The translations under genes and the position numbers were made by a program. Shown here in pieces: positions 20,886-30,431 of a stretch of DNA of 64,000 bases (position 1 is its first letter; the number at the start of each line of letters is the position of its first letter). A model generated the notes under the pieces. That model saw only the letters and a list, made by a program, of their open reading frames with translations. It did not search any database and was not told where the DNA came from. Source of the DNA: Promethearchaeota archaeon (GTDB lineage: Archaea; Asgardarchaeota; Lokiarchaeia; Sigyniarchaeales; SOKP01); contig JAGXNO010000005.1 of NCBI GenBank assembly GCA_019894975.1, forward strand, positions 59,116 to 123,115, read 5' to 3'.

Positions 20886-21929
20886 ATGGGAGAAGATTCA
20901 CAGCATTTTGAAATAACGGATAATGGAAGTGAAGAACTAAAATCTGGTTCAAATGAAATGGAAGAGGATGCCAGAATTGTTAAAAAAGACGTGATTCCTC
21001 ACTTCTTTCCAACATATCGAATTAAAAGAAAATTATATCCTGTTCCAATAATTTTAGTTGTAGTAATTGCAGGTATCTTAGCGTATTTAACATATATTCA
21101 GGCAGGTGTTCAAGTAGACGGGGGATATTTTTCAGAAAGTGAGTATGGAGCAATTGGGGGGATAATCAATGGATTAATATATACTGTAATAGCTGCTTTC
21201 TCGGCTTTTATTATTATTTATATCATTAAAAAAAAAGGTGTCGGGGCTTTGATGTATATCTTTGGAATAGGGTTTGGGATGGTAACATTTTTTCAAACCT
21301 GGTTTTTTGGAGAAGTTATATTATTTATATTAATTTCGAGTTATCCTATATTATATATTTTACTTGACGTAGAACTTATCTTTTTTACAGCAGTATTTAC
21401 GGGTGTTATAATCTATAAATATTTTACTTCACAATCAATAAAAATTAAAAATTTTATAGTATTGTATATTGGGTTGCTTATTGGGGCTTCTATGGGAGTT
21501 TTAATGCCTCTTTGGACTACTATAGCCATATTAATAGGAATTTCCTTATGGGATATGTTTGCTGTTTTATATAAACATGGTCCCATAAAGCAATTAATTG
21601 ATTTGGTTTCTGAACCAGGAGAAGAAAGCAACATTTATTCTGAAGAAGAGTTAAAAGAAAGATTACAGACTGGAGAATATACATATGATACTTCTAAACT
21701 AGAAATTGGCATTGGTGACTTAGCCTTCTATAGTATGCTTACGTCCAGCGCTCTCGTTCAGACAAATAATGTAATAATTATGATTTTAACCTCTATAGCT
21801 ATTATAATTGGGACAGGAATAACGATAGCAGGTTTAAAAAGAAATAAAATTTTACCTGGGTTACCTATCTCGATCTTTTTGGGTATAGGAACTATGTTGT
21901 TATCCTGGTATATCTTTACAATTATTTAG
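20886..21929 (+). CDS. Presenilin-family GxGD intramembrane aspartyl protease (A22)
   Basis: About 9 TM segments. WDMFAVL..HGP (first Asp), GIGDLAFYSML (second Asp), LPGLPIS (PAL-like). Confidence 0.9.
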   Translation: MGEDSQHFEITDNGSEELKSGSNEMEEDARIVKKDVIPHFFPTYRIKRKLYPVPIILVVVIAGILAYLTYIQAGVQVDGGYFSESEYGAIGGIINGLIYTVIAAFSAFIIIYIIKKKGVGALMYIFGIGFGMVTFFQTWFFGEVILFILISSYPILYILLDVELIFFTAVFTGVIIYKYFTSQSIKIKNFIVLYIGLLIGASMGVLMPLWTTIAILIGISLWDMFAVLYKHGPIKQLIDLVSEPGEESNIYSEEELKERLQTGEYTYDTSKLEIGIGDLAFYSMLTSSALVQTNNVIIMILTSIAIIIGTGITIAGLKRNKILPGLPISIFLGIGTMLLSWYIFTII

Positions 21930-21999
21930 GAATGAGTTTAATTTTAAAATTTTCTTAATAATTTTAAAAAATTTATGCCCGTAAAGGAAGTGAACGTTT

Positions 22000-23187
22000 A
22001 TGGTTAATATCGATGACATCAGCACTATTGCTATAATCGGTACGGGGATTATGGGCCATGAGATTGCTCAAGTTGCTCTTATGGGGGGTTTTAAAACTGT
22101 TATTTTGAATGATTTATCTGCAGATATCATTAATAATGCTGAGAAAAAAATTAAAACTGGCTTGAAAAAGCTTGAATCTAAAGGAATATTAAATGAAGGA
22201 TATACTACCTCTAATTTAATGAATAGCCTGGTTAAAGAGGTTAACTTAGAAAAAGCCATTTATAATGCAGACTTTATAATTGAAGCAATTCCCGAAGTTA
22301 TGAAGCTTAAAAAAGCGCTTTTTAAGAAATTAGGAGAATTCTCTCCTGAACATGCTATTTTAGCTACAAATACGTCTACAATGAGCATTTCTGAGATAGC
22401 GTCAGCATCAAATAAACCTCATAAAGTCATTGGATGCCACTTCTTCACACCCATAGTTGTATTACGGTTAATTGAAATCATTAAAGGGAAAAAAACATCC
22501 GAAGATACCGTAGAAGTTGCTAAAGCTGTTTGTCAAAGGTTTCCAGCACTTCAAGGAAAACGATTTTTACCTATTCTCCAAAAGGAGAGTCCAGGTTTTA
22601 TTGTAAACCGCATAACGGGAGCAACATCTATTTATTTAAACTGGCTTCTTGAATTTTCGAGAAAGAAAGGAATACCTTTAGAAAAAATTGATGCTGATAC
22701 AGAATCTTTTGCTGAAATTGGACCGTTTGCAAAATTAGATCATCTCGGCCTCGATACAGTGTATAACGCTCTCAGCTATTTGGCAGAAGAGCTTTCACCT
22801 GAATTTGCTCCGGGAAAAACGTTAACAAGCTTAGTCAAGAATGGGCATCTTGGCTTAAAAACAGGGAAAGGTTTGTTTGATTGGAAAGAAGGGAACCCTA
22901 ATTTTAAGAAAAATGAAAAAGCAGGACTGTTTAATATTGACTTATTCATGGCTATTCAATTAAATGAGGGTTGTAGACTTCTTGAAGATAGGATCGTCTC
23001 GAGTTATAAATTAATAGATGATTCGATGATGACGGGAATGAACCTACCCGGACCTTTTGGCCCTGGAAAAAGGAACTATGAAAGATGGACACGATTGTTA
23101 GAAGAATTTGTAGAAAACACTGGTATTAACTATTTGAAACCCTGCAACTTAATGAAATCTGGTGGCTTTATTAAAATGAGAAAATGA
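22000..23187 (+). CDS. 3-hydroxyacyl-CoA dehydrogenase with duplicated C-terminal domain
   Basis: IIGTGIMG, IEAIPE, LATNTST, GCHFF.P, PGFIVNRI, G.LG.KTGKG. Confidence 0.88.
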   Translation: MVNIDDISTIAIIGTGIMGHEIAQVALMGGFKTVILNDLSADIINNAEKKIKTGLKKLESKGILNEGYTTSNLMNSLVKEVNLEKAIYNADFIIEAIPEVMKLKKALFKKLGEFSPEHAILATNTSTMSISEIASASNKPHKVIGCHFFTPIVVLRLIEIIKGKKTSEDTVEVAKAVCQRFPALQGKRFLPILQKESPGFIVNRITGATSIYLNWLLEFSRKKGIPLEKIDADTESFAEIGPFAKLDHLGLDTVYNALSYLAEELSPEFAPGKTLTSLVKNGHLGLKTGKGLFDWKEGNPNFKKNEKAGLFNIDLFMAIQLNEGCRLLEDRIVSSYKLIDDSMMTGMNLPGPFGPGKRNYERWTRLLEEFVENTGINYLKPCNLMKSGGFIKMRK

Positions 23188-23253
23188 TAAGGTTTCCATA
23201 AAGCTTTAATAAAACTTTTCATAACTTTATTAAAAAAAGGAGTAGCAGTCAGA

Positions 23254-24294
23254 ATGTCTTTTATAAATGGTCTTAAGATCTTCATTAAAAAACCTATTTA
23301 TGTATTGATTATGGGTTTGTTTATCGCAGCTTGGGTTTTAATATTATTTGGTTATACTATTTTTACGGTTCAAGGATATTATCTATTTCTTTTCTTCTTT
23401 ATTGGTATTTTAATGGGATTTACACTCCTCTTATTTTTTATTTCTTTCTTTAAACAAATTGAAAATATGAGTTATGTTTATATTATCATCATATTTTTTG
23501 TTTCAATACCACTTATCATAATTTTTAAAGGTGTTCTTAAATCTTTATACTTCCCTCTTTTAATTGGAAATCAATTGCTTACAGCGTTTTTTGCTTTTAA
23601 ATTATGTATGGATTCATCAATAAAAGTCGATAACTTTTTCTACAATGACGAAAAATCAAGAGGATTCACTAGACCGATAGAATTTATAATATTTGGAATA
23701 ATTGCTTTATCAGGTTTTATCTTGACATGGAATGTAATGCGTAGGTTAACTCCAGGTGCAGCACTAAGAAGTGCAAATGTCTTTAGAATTATATTTTGGA
23801 TTGATTTTATATTAATAATTATTGTATTAGTGAGAGTATTGATTACAAAGAGATTAGCAGCATATGTGACTTTATTTTTCCTATTAACTTTTTTCTATAT
23901 TCTCTATATTTTTATAGACATTATTGCGGGTATTTTATTCCCAGATACATTAAGCTTTGCATGGTATTTCTTTATATTTGACCTCGTTTTATTCATTTAT
24001 ATTATCGGTTCAATATTCGATAAGGTGGAATATTTAGAAACAAAATTCAAGATACTAACAGCTGAAACCATATCTTTGTTAGTAATTTTATTGAAATTAA
24101 TTGCCCAATTTTTCAAAATTATTCCAGAGATCCCCGGATTAAGAGTTGGTATTGATTATGTAAGGCTACAATTTGGATTACAAATATTTCTATTATGGAT
24201 GTTCATAATTTTTATCCTAATTTTTGGGATACATTCAATAGTTATGCATAAAGAAGGGGAAATTGACACCTCTGATATGGATGACAACTCATAA
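23254..24294 (+). CDS. Polytopic membrane protein of unknown function
   Basis: About 10 hydrophobic segments. GGAG SD-like motif upstream. Confidence 0.75.
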   Translation: MSFINGLKIFIKKPIYVLIMGLFIAAWVLILFGYTIFTVQGYYLFLFFFIGILMGFTLLLFFISFFKQIENMSYVYIIIIFFVSIPLIIIFKGVLKSLYFPLLIGNQLLTAFFAFKLCMDSSIKVDNFFYNDEKSRGFTRPIEFIIFGIIALSGFILTWNVMRRLTPGAALRSANVFRIIFWIDFILIIIVLVRVLITKRLAAYVTLFFLLTFFYILYIFIDIIAGILFPDTLSFAWYFFIFDLVLFIYIIGSIFDKVEYLETKFKILTAETISLLVILLKLIAQFFKIIPEIPGLRVGIDYVRLQFGLQIFLLWMFIIFILIFGIHSIVMHKEGEIDTSDMDDNS

Positions 24295-24365
24295 ATTATA
24301 GCATAATGATTTTTTAAATAAATTTAATTTATAATATTTGGAGTAAATTAGTATAATTCTTTATT

Positions 24366-24656
24366 ATGGCTAAAACAGAAAAAGGAATCAAAACGGGATT
24401 AGAGAAAATAATAGAATATTTCAATTCTAATCTTGAAGAGAACCACCCTATAGCAATTGCGAAAGTTGTGGAAGACACGGGCTTCTCTTGGAGTTTTATC
24501 AAAAAAACTTTGGCCAAGATAAAAGAAAATTATGATGGATTTCATTTTGAAAAGTCAGGAAATACTTGGATTACATGGAAAGACCGAGACCACATAATTA
24601 AGAAGTTAGATGAAACATGTTCTCGCTTATTAGAAGATTCTGATGATGAATGTTAG
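24366..24656 (+). CDS. Small winged-helix-like protein
   Basis: IAIAKVVEDTGFSWSFIKKTL resembles an HTH, followed by a beta-hairpin wing (FHFEKSGNTWITW). Confidence 0.5.
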   Translation: MAKTEKGIKTGLEKIIEYFNSNLEENHPIAIAKVVEDTGFSWSFIKKTLAKIKENYDGFHFEKSGNTWITWKDRDHIIKKLDETCSRLLEDSDDEC

Positions 24657-24803
24657 TATTTTATAAGAAATTATTAATTTAAATTCTTTTATACAAAGTC
24701 TCTTTCTCTTTTCTTTCACTCAATTTAATCCAATTTTCTTCTACAGGAGCATTTCAAAAAAAATAAAATAAATAATAAATATCTTAAAAATTTAGTTTTA
24801 GTA

Positions 24804-24825
24804 TTAGTGTGAATTTTCACACTAA
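24804..24825. promoter_or_regulatory. Perfect 10-bp inverted repeat abutting the frhB-like start codon (candidate operator or RNA hairpin)
   Basis: TTAGTGTGAA-TT-TTCACACTAA, followed directly by ATG at 24826. Confidence 0.55.
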
Positions 24826-25797
24826 ATGGAAAATAATGTTTGGTTAAATCAAATGAAAATTGAAAAATCAAGCCAAGATCTCGAGAATGAAGTAATTTAC
24901 TCTGGATTATGCATCCATTGTGGAAGTTGCAATGCATTTTGTCCACACATGGATTTTAACCAAGAAACTGGAGAAGCTTATGTGGTGGATGAATGTGCTG
25001 AAACGGTAGGACTTTGTTATAATGCATGTCCAAGAAGTTTTTTACCAATATCGGAAATTGAGCAAAAATTATTTGGAAAAACTCGTATTGATTTATCAGT
25101 AGGAGTTTATAATGACATAGTCCAAGTAAAATCCGGCAGCAAAGATGATATTTTATATAATCTTACTTTAGCCGCCTTTGAATCAGGAGTAGTTAAGCAT
25201 ATGGTCTTAAGTGAACCAAAAAGTAAAAAACCACCTGTAGCATTTCCTGTTGTAGTAGATAGTGCAAAAGATGCCAAGAAGTACATACCTAAAGCAACCA
25301 TGGATAATGCAGGACCTCTAATTACAGGTATTGGTCAAGCTTATAAGGATTACAAACGTGATATCGGAATAATTGCAAATCCATGTCATTTACAAGGATT
25401 AGCTAAAATTCTTACTAGTGATTTCAATACTGGAGCAGAGAGAACGTCATTAACTATCGCTTTTGCTTGTTCCTCAGGTGGAATGACAGGTTGTAAATAT
25501 TGTACCGACTTTTCTGGTGAATTTTCTGATATTTCCTATTCACCGTGGGGTGCTCCTAAAGGTTCTGGCGAAGCTTTTCTAATAATTCGAACTGAAGCTG
25601 GTCAAAAAGTTGTCGATGCTGCTGTGAAGAAGAAATTAATCGAAATTACTGACCCAAATCCAGATTTATCAGAAATGAAGAAATTTCTCAACAAGAAACG
25701 CAAAAAGAATTTCTTAACTCTTCTTGGAAAAGATTTAATCACCGCAAAATATTTAGATCTTAGCATCGATGAGTTAAAAGATATTCTTGAAGAATAA
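24826..25797 (+). CDS. Coenzyme F420 hydrogenase/dehydrogenase beta-subunit family protein (FrhB/FdhB-like)
   Basis: CIHCGSCNAFCP ferredoxin motif, CG/GLCYNACPR, PCH, GCKYCTDFSGEFSDIS, IIRTEAG. Confidence 0.8.
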   Translation: MENNVWLNQMKIEKSSQDLENEVIYSGLCIHCGSCNAFCPHMDFNQETGEAYVVDECAETVGLCYNACPRSFLPISEIEQKLFGKTRIDLSVGVYNDIVQVKSGSKDDILYNLTLAAFESGVVKHMVLSEPKSKKPPVAFPVVVDSAKDAKKYIPKATMDNAGPLITGIGQAYKDYKRDIGIIANPCHLQGLAKILTSDFNTGAERTSLTIAFACSSGGMTGCKYCTDFSGEFSDISYSPWGAPKGSGEAFLIIRTEAGQKVVDAAVKKKLIEITDPNPDLSEMKKFLNKKRKKNFLTLLGKDLITAKYLDLSIDELKDILEE

Positions 25798-25821
25798 ACT
25801 ATTTTTTATTTCTATTTCTTT

Positions 25822-26376
25822 TTACTTTTCTTTTTCAGCTTTTTGTTTTTCAAGAATTAGACGAGTTAAAGTTTCAAAAATTAGTCTGTTATTTTCACCA
25901 CTTTTAGATGATGTTTCAAAAAAATAATCCAATTTAAATTTCTCTTTGAATTCTTCTGCTTGTTCTGTCTCTACACTTCTCCGTACGTCAGCCAAGTCAA
26001 GCTTTTCTCCAACTAGGATAAAAGCAGGATTACTAGCATTTTCGTTAACAATATCATACCATTCAGTTAAACTATCAAAACTAGTACGTCTTGTAATGTC
26101 ATAACAAATAATACATCCACGCGCTCCTCTGGCATAATTCGGTAAGAAGAGCCGAAAACGTCTTTCACCCGCAAAATCCCAGATTTGTAATCTGCTGGGA
26201 GTATCGTCTACATCAACATCATAAGTCGCTAGATCGGTTCCAATAGTGATTTTCTGTGGAATAAACTGTCCTGTTGTTAATCTTTGAACCATTGTAGATT
26301 TACCCACACCCCCATCACCAACTATAACAACTTTGAAAAGCATTTTTTGCGTAGACATTATCCAGTTCTTACTCAA
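25822..26376 (-). CDS. Rab-like small GTPase (start may be ATG at 26358)
   Basis: FKVVIVGDGGVGKST, TIGTD, LQIWDFAGE, GEKLD, ETSSK. No C-terminal Cys. Confidence 0.9.
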   Translation of the reverse strand: MSKNWIMSTQKMLFKVVIVGDGGVGKSTMVQRLTTGQFIPQKITIGTDLATYDVDVDDTPSRLQIWDFAGERRFRLFLPNYARGARGCIICYDITRRTSFDSLTEWYDIVNENASNPAFILVGEKLDLADVRRSVETEQAEEFKEKFKLDYFFETSSKSGENNRLIFETLTRLILEKQKAEKEK

Positions 26377-26422
26377 GTTAAAAGAGTATTAATATTAATA
26401 TGTACAAGGGTTTTATAAATTT

Positions 26423-27298
26423 TTATTCAATATTTAATTGATTTCTTATTTTATTATTGAGAACTTTAAGATTTTCAAGAATAACCATTTGAGTATCCTT
26501 GGGCAATGGTTTAAGAACATTATCTAAATCTTTTTTATTAAAAAGATTAACCTCCCGATTATTAAAAAATAAGGAAATTCCAGCAGTAGCTGGCGAAATT
26601 ATGAAAATTAGATATAGTAAAAAAGAAACAACTAATGGATCTGAACCCGCACTTCCAGTTCCAGGCAGATTTAGTTGAACCCCAAGAAGAGGATCTTGAT
26701 CTAAAGTGAGGATTAAAATAGAATTTACAATGTTTAAGACAAGAAATATTAACAAATTGGTAATTAAAATTAATTTAAAATGTTTAATTTTTAGATAGGA
26801 AATCACAGATTCATGATCTTTAATAGGTTTTTTATCATTTCCACCGAAAATGATTTCTAATTTAGTATTTTCCCATAGATCAATGAAGATCCAAAAAAAT
26901 CCAAAGGTATATAAAAAAATAAACAACCAGTTAAAATAAGGGAAATATCTATCTATTATATGGGGATTATAAAGAGATTCCGCGCCTAACCAGAAAATTA
27001 GAATCAGTTGAAAGAGCGCAGAGAAAAATAATCGATTAGCATGCCTTTTTTCTAATCCGAGCGGATTATATACAACAGAAGGATTGTCAAATTTGGTTCT
27101 CCATTTGTTTATATTAATAATTCTAAAAAATATTGAAAATCCTAATGTTATAAGCGGAAATAGTAAGAGGGTGATATTCTCCCATACTTGAGTAATTACT
27201 AATAGAAACAGAAAACTAAATATAACTATATCCCGAATTACAGTTTCATTAATAAGATCTCTTATTGTTAGATAAAACTTATCACTATCTTCACTCAT
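26423..27298 (-). CDS. Membrane protein of unknown function
   Basis: About 6 hydrophobic segments. Confidence 0.7.
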   Translation of the reverse strand: MSEDSDKFYLTIRDLINETVIRDIVIFSFLFLLVITQVWENITLLLFPLITLGFSIFFRIININKWRTKFDNPSVVYNPLGLEKRHANRLFFSALFQLILIFWLGAESLYNPHIIDRYFPYFNWLFIFLYTFGFFWIFIDLWENTKLEIIFGGNDKKPIKDHESVISYLKIKHFKLILITNLLIFLVLNIVNSILILTLDQDPLLGVQLNLPGTGSAGSDPLVVSFLLYLIFIISPATAGISLFFNNREVNLFNKKDLDNVLKPLPKDTQMVILENLKVLNNKIRNQLNIE

Positions 27299-27385
27299 TT
27301 TTTAATTAAAAGCAATCTTAATAATTAAACTTTTATGATTATATGTTTTGAATGATCTACTCCTTGCTATTAAGTAAATCAGAAT

Positions 27386-27498
27386 TAGGTTAACCTATAC
27401 TTATCTCTTGTTCTTAACACTAAAAATTTAAATTTCTCACACTATTTTATTCTACAACATACCTCTTGCACATTTAATCGTGTTAAGATGGTGTAGAA
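27386..27498. promoter_or_regulatory. Palindrome and alternative stem-loops in the gcvT leader/divergent promoter region
   Basis: TAGGTTAACCTA (27386-27397). TCTTAACAC (27412-27420) is the exact complement of GTGTTAAGA (27480-27488). Imperfect hairpin 27450-27498. Confidence 0.4.
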
Positions 27499-27501
27499 AA
27501 A

Positions 27502-28599
27502 GTGAAAAGTGAAAAACTCAAAGGTAAAAAAACACCCCTTTACGATATTCATCGTAAACTCGGTGGTCGCATGGTAGAATTTTCTGGATGGTTAATGCCC
27601 GTTCAATATGAGAGTATTATTAAGGAACATGAAGCTGTTCGGTCTAATGCGGGAATATTTGATGTATCACACATGGGTGAATTTTTGCTTAAAGGCAGGG
27701 ATATAATCTCGTTTCTCCAATATATCATGATAAACGATTTAAAACTATTGGAGCTATCAAAGGGTCAATATTCTTGCATGTGTTACAAAAATGGGACCGT
27801 GGTTGATGATTTAATGTATTATGAAGAGAAGGAAGATCTCTTTAGAATGATCGTCAATGCTGGAAATATTGAGAAGGATTTTCAATGGCTAAATCAGCAT
27901 ATTATGGAACAAGATGTGAAAGTTCAAAATCTTTCTTCCGAACGTGGGCGTTTAGCATTTCAAGGGCCTAAAACTGATGATCTTCTCCAACCCCTTGTGG
28001 ATATTGAATTATCTAATATTAAAAGATTCTATTTTAGGCATTGTAATCTTAATAATATCCCAATATTTATAGCTAGAACGGGTTATACTGGAGAAAAAGG
28101 GTTTGAAATTTCGTTTGATATTAGTTATTCAGAAGAAATTTGGGATAGTTTGGTGAGCACTGGAGCAAAACCTGCTGGTTTAGGAGCAAGAGATTCGTTA
28201 AGGTTAGAAGCGTGTTATTCTTTATATGGCCATGAAATAAATGATTCAATAACTCCAATTGAAGCAGGATTAAGTTGGTTAGTAAAACCTAAGGAAGGTA
28301 TAGATTATATTGGTAAAGAAATTCTTATGAAACAGAAATCTAAGGGCACAAAAAGAATTCTAGTTGGTCTCGATTTAATAGATAAGGGAATTATTAGAGA
28401 AAATTATAATATTTTCAAAGATGGAGAAGAGATTGGATATGTAACATCTGGAGGTTTTTCACCTACCCTCAAAAAAACAATTGGCCTTGGATTGGTAAAA
28501 ACACAACATAAAAATGTTGGAACTGAAATAGAAATCGAGATCCGAGGAAAATTTTTAAAGGGGAAAATTGTTGAGACACCATTTTATCGGAATGTATAA
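27502..28599 (+). CDS. gcvT: Glycine cleavage system T protein (aminomethyltransferase)
   Basis: KTPLY..H..LGG.MVEF.GW.MPVQY, FDVSHMGE, ARTGYTGEKGFEI, GLGARDSLRLEA. Confidence 0.96.
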   Translation: MKSEKLKGKKTPLYDIHRKLGGRMVEFSGWLMPVQYESIIKEHEAVRSNAGIFDVSHMGEFLLKGRDIISFLQYIMINDLKLLELSKGQYSCMCYKNGTVVDDLMYYEEKEDLFRMIVNAGNIEKDFQWLNQHIMEQDVKVQNLSSERGRLAFQGPKTDDLLQPLVDIELSNIKRFYFRHCNLNNIPIFIARTGYTGEKGFEISFDISYSEEIWDSLVSTGAKPAGLGARDSLRLEACYSLYGHEINDSITPIEAGLSWLVKPKEGIDYIGKEILMKQKSKGTKRILVGLDLIDKGIIRENYNIFKDGEEIGYVTSGGFSPTLKKTIGLGLVKTQHKNVGTEIEIEIRGKFLKGKIVETPFYRNV

Positions 28600-28633
28600 G
28601 TGAGAAAATATCTAAGAGAAAAAGTGAAATATA

Positions 28634-29029
28634 ATGAGTTATAAATTTCCTAGTGATATAAATTATACAATGACTCATGAGTGGGTAGAGCTTCAGAATA
28701 GTATTGCTACAGTTGGTATAACGGATTATGCCCAGCATCAATTGGGAGATATTGTTTTTGTGGAACTTCCCGAAATAGGGATGGTATTAGAGAAAGAAAG
28801 TCATGCTGGTGAAATAGAGTCAGTAAAAGCTGTAGGGGATATAATAATGCCATTATCAGGAGAAATCGTTGAGGTAAATGAAAAACTTGCTGAAAACCCA
28901 GAGCTTGTTAATTCATCTCCCTTTGGGGACGGTTGGATGATAAAGATTAATATTTCACATGCAAGTGAAATTGATGAACTTATATCTGTAGAAAAATATA
29001 AAGAATTTGTTAAATCAGAAGAACAATAA
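28634..29029 (+). CDS. gcvH: Glycine cleavage system H protein
   Basis: HEWV, VGITDYAQ.QLGDIVFVELP, lipoyl-Lys IESVKA, NSSPFGDGW. Confidence 0.96.
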   Translation: MSYKFPSDINYTMTHEWVELQNSIATVGITDYAQHQLGDIVFVELPEIGMVLEKESHAGEIESVKAVGDIIMPLSGEIVEVNEKLAENPELVNSSPFGDGWMIKINISHASEIDELISVEKYKEFVKSEEQ

Positions 29030-29087
29030 TATTTTTTTTTCTTTATTTGTTAATTGTTGTTATTATAAACTTGAGTTGAGAAATTAA

Positions 29088-30431
29088 GTGGATTTTGTAC
29101 CTCATGATAAAAAAACTATAGCTGAAATGTTAAGCGTAATTGGGGTAAATGATATAGATGAATTATTCCAGGATATCCCTAATGATTTGATAAAAGAAAA
29201 ATTAAATCTACCCCAAGGATTATCTGAACCTGATCTTCTTAGACACATGGAAAAAATTTCAAAACGTAATAAAACCTATTCTAGTGCTTTCATTGGCGCT
29301 GGATGTTACTTTCATTATATCCCCTCTGTTGTTAATTTTGTTATCTCTAGATCTGAGTTCTATACCTCTTATACTCCTTATCAAGCTGAAGCTAGTCAGG
29401 GATATTTACAAGCTATTTATGAATACCAAACGATAATATCAAAACTTACTCAAATGGATATAGCTAATGCTAGTATGTATGATGGCTCTACCGCTCTTGC
29501 TGAAGCTGCTATTATGGCAACATTAATTACAAACAAACAAACCATTTTAATGCTGGAAGGAATTCACCCTGAATATGTTGAGGTTGTTAAAACTTATTGT
29601 TGGGGTCAAGATATTGCTTTTGAAGAAGTGTCTGAAGATAAAATAATGAAACGATTAAATGAAAACGTGGCAGCATTTCTATTCCAGAGTCCTAATTTCT
29701 TTGGAGATGTTGAAGACGTATCAGATTTAGTAGAAAAAGTCAGAAAAAAAGCACCAAATTGTTTGCTTATCCAAGCAATGACTGATCCCACTTGCCTTGG
29801 AGTTATTAATCCACCAGGATTGACAGATGTTGATATCTTTGTAGCAGAAGGACAATCTTTTGGTATAAGTCCATCATTCGGGGGACCAGGATTAGGAATC
29901 TTTACCGCTAAAAAGAAATTCTTAAGAAAAATACCCGGAAGGTTAATTGGAAAAACCAAAGAGATTAACGGGACACGAGAAGGATTCATCTTAACCTTAC
30001 AAGCTCGGGAACAACACATTCGACGTGAAAAAGCTAGTTCAAATATATGCACAAATCAAGCACTATGCTCACTTGCCGCGTTAGTGTATTTACTATCAAT
30101 GGGAAAAACTGGCCTAAAAGAGATTGCATCTCAAAATTTTCAAAAAGCTCATTATCTTAAATCTGAATTGAGTAAAATTCCGGGTTATAAAATCTTAAAT
30201 ACTAAACCCACATACAATGAATTTTTACTTAGTTGTCTTAATGTTGATTTACTTATTTATCAATGTAAGCAAAGAAACTTACTTCCGCCTCTTAATATAT
30301 CAAAATACTATCCCAAAATGAAAAATATTGCTTTAGTGTGCGTAACTGAAATGAATTCTAGAGAATCAATTGAAAATTTTTTACAAGCAGCTCAAGAAGC
30401 AATAACTAATACAAAGGAGGGAGAAAAGTAA
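29088..30431 (+). CDS. gcvPA: Glycine dehydrogenase subunit 1
   Basis: FIGAGCY.HYIP, EFYTSYTPYQAEASQG, NASMYDG, REQHIRREKASSNICTNQ. Confidence 0.96.
   Translation: MDFVPHDKKTIAEMLSVIGVNDIDELFQDIPNDLIKEKLNLPQGLSEPDLLRHMEKISKRNKTYSSAFIGAGCYFHYIPSVVNFVISRSEFYTSYTPYQAEASQGYLQAIYEYQTIISKLTQMDIANASMYDGSTALAEAAIMATLITNKQTILMLEGIHPEYVEVVKTYCWGQDIAFEEVSEDKIMKRLNENVAAFLFQSPNFFGDVEDVSDLVEKVRKKAPNCLLIQAMTDPTCLGVINPPGLTDVDIFVAEGQSFGISPSFGGPGLGIFTAKKKFLRKIPGRLIGKTKEINGTREGFILTLQAREQHIRREKASSNICTNQALCSLAALVYLLSMGKTGLKEIASQNFQKAHYLKSELSKIPGYKILNTKPTYNEFLLSCLNVDLLIYQCKQRNLLPPLNISKYYPKMKNIALVCVTEMNSRESIENFLQAAQEAITNTKEGEK

Noticed and set aside
23166-23234. Short direct and inverted repeats (TTTAATAAA/TTTATTAAA)
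   Set aside because: A/T-only repeats are expected by chance in such an AT-rich genome.
27300-27501. Canonical glycine riboswitch upstream of gcvT
   Set aside because: The conserved aptamer sequences (GGAGA...CCGAAG, CTCTCAGG) are absent.
29606-30052. Antisense and nested ORFs in the track (e.g. 29606-30052, 36937-37461, 13022-13342, 9751-10047, 53481-53663)
   Set aside because: They overlap well-supported genes and show no motifs, so they are expected shadow ORFs.
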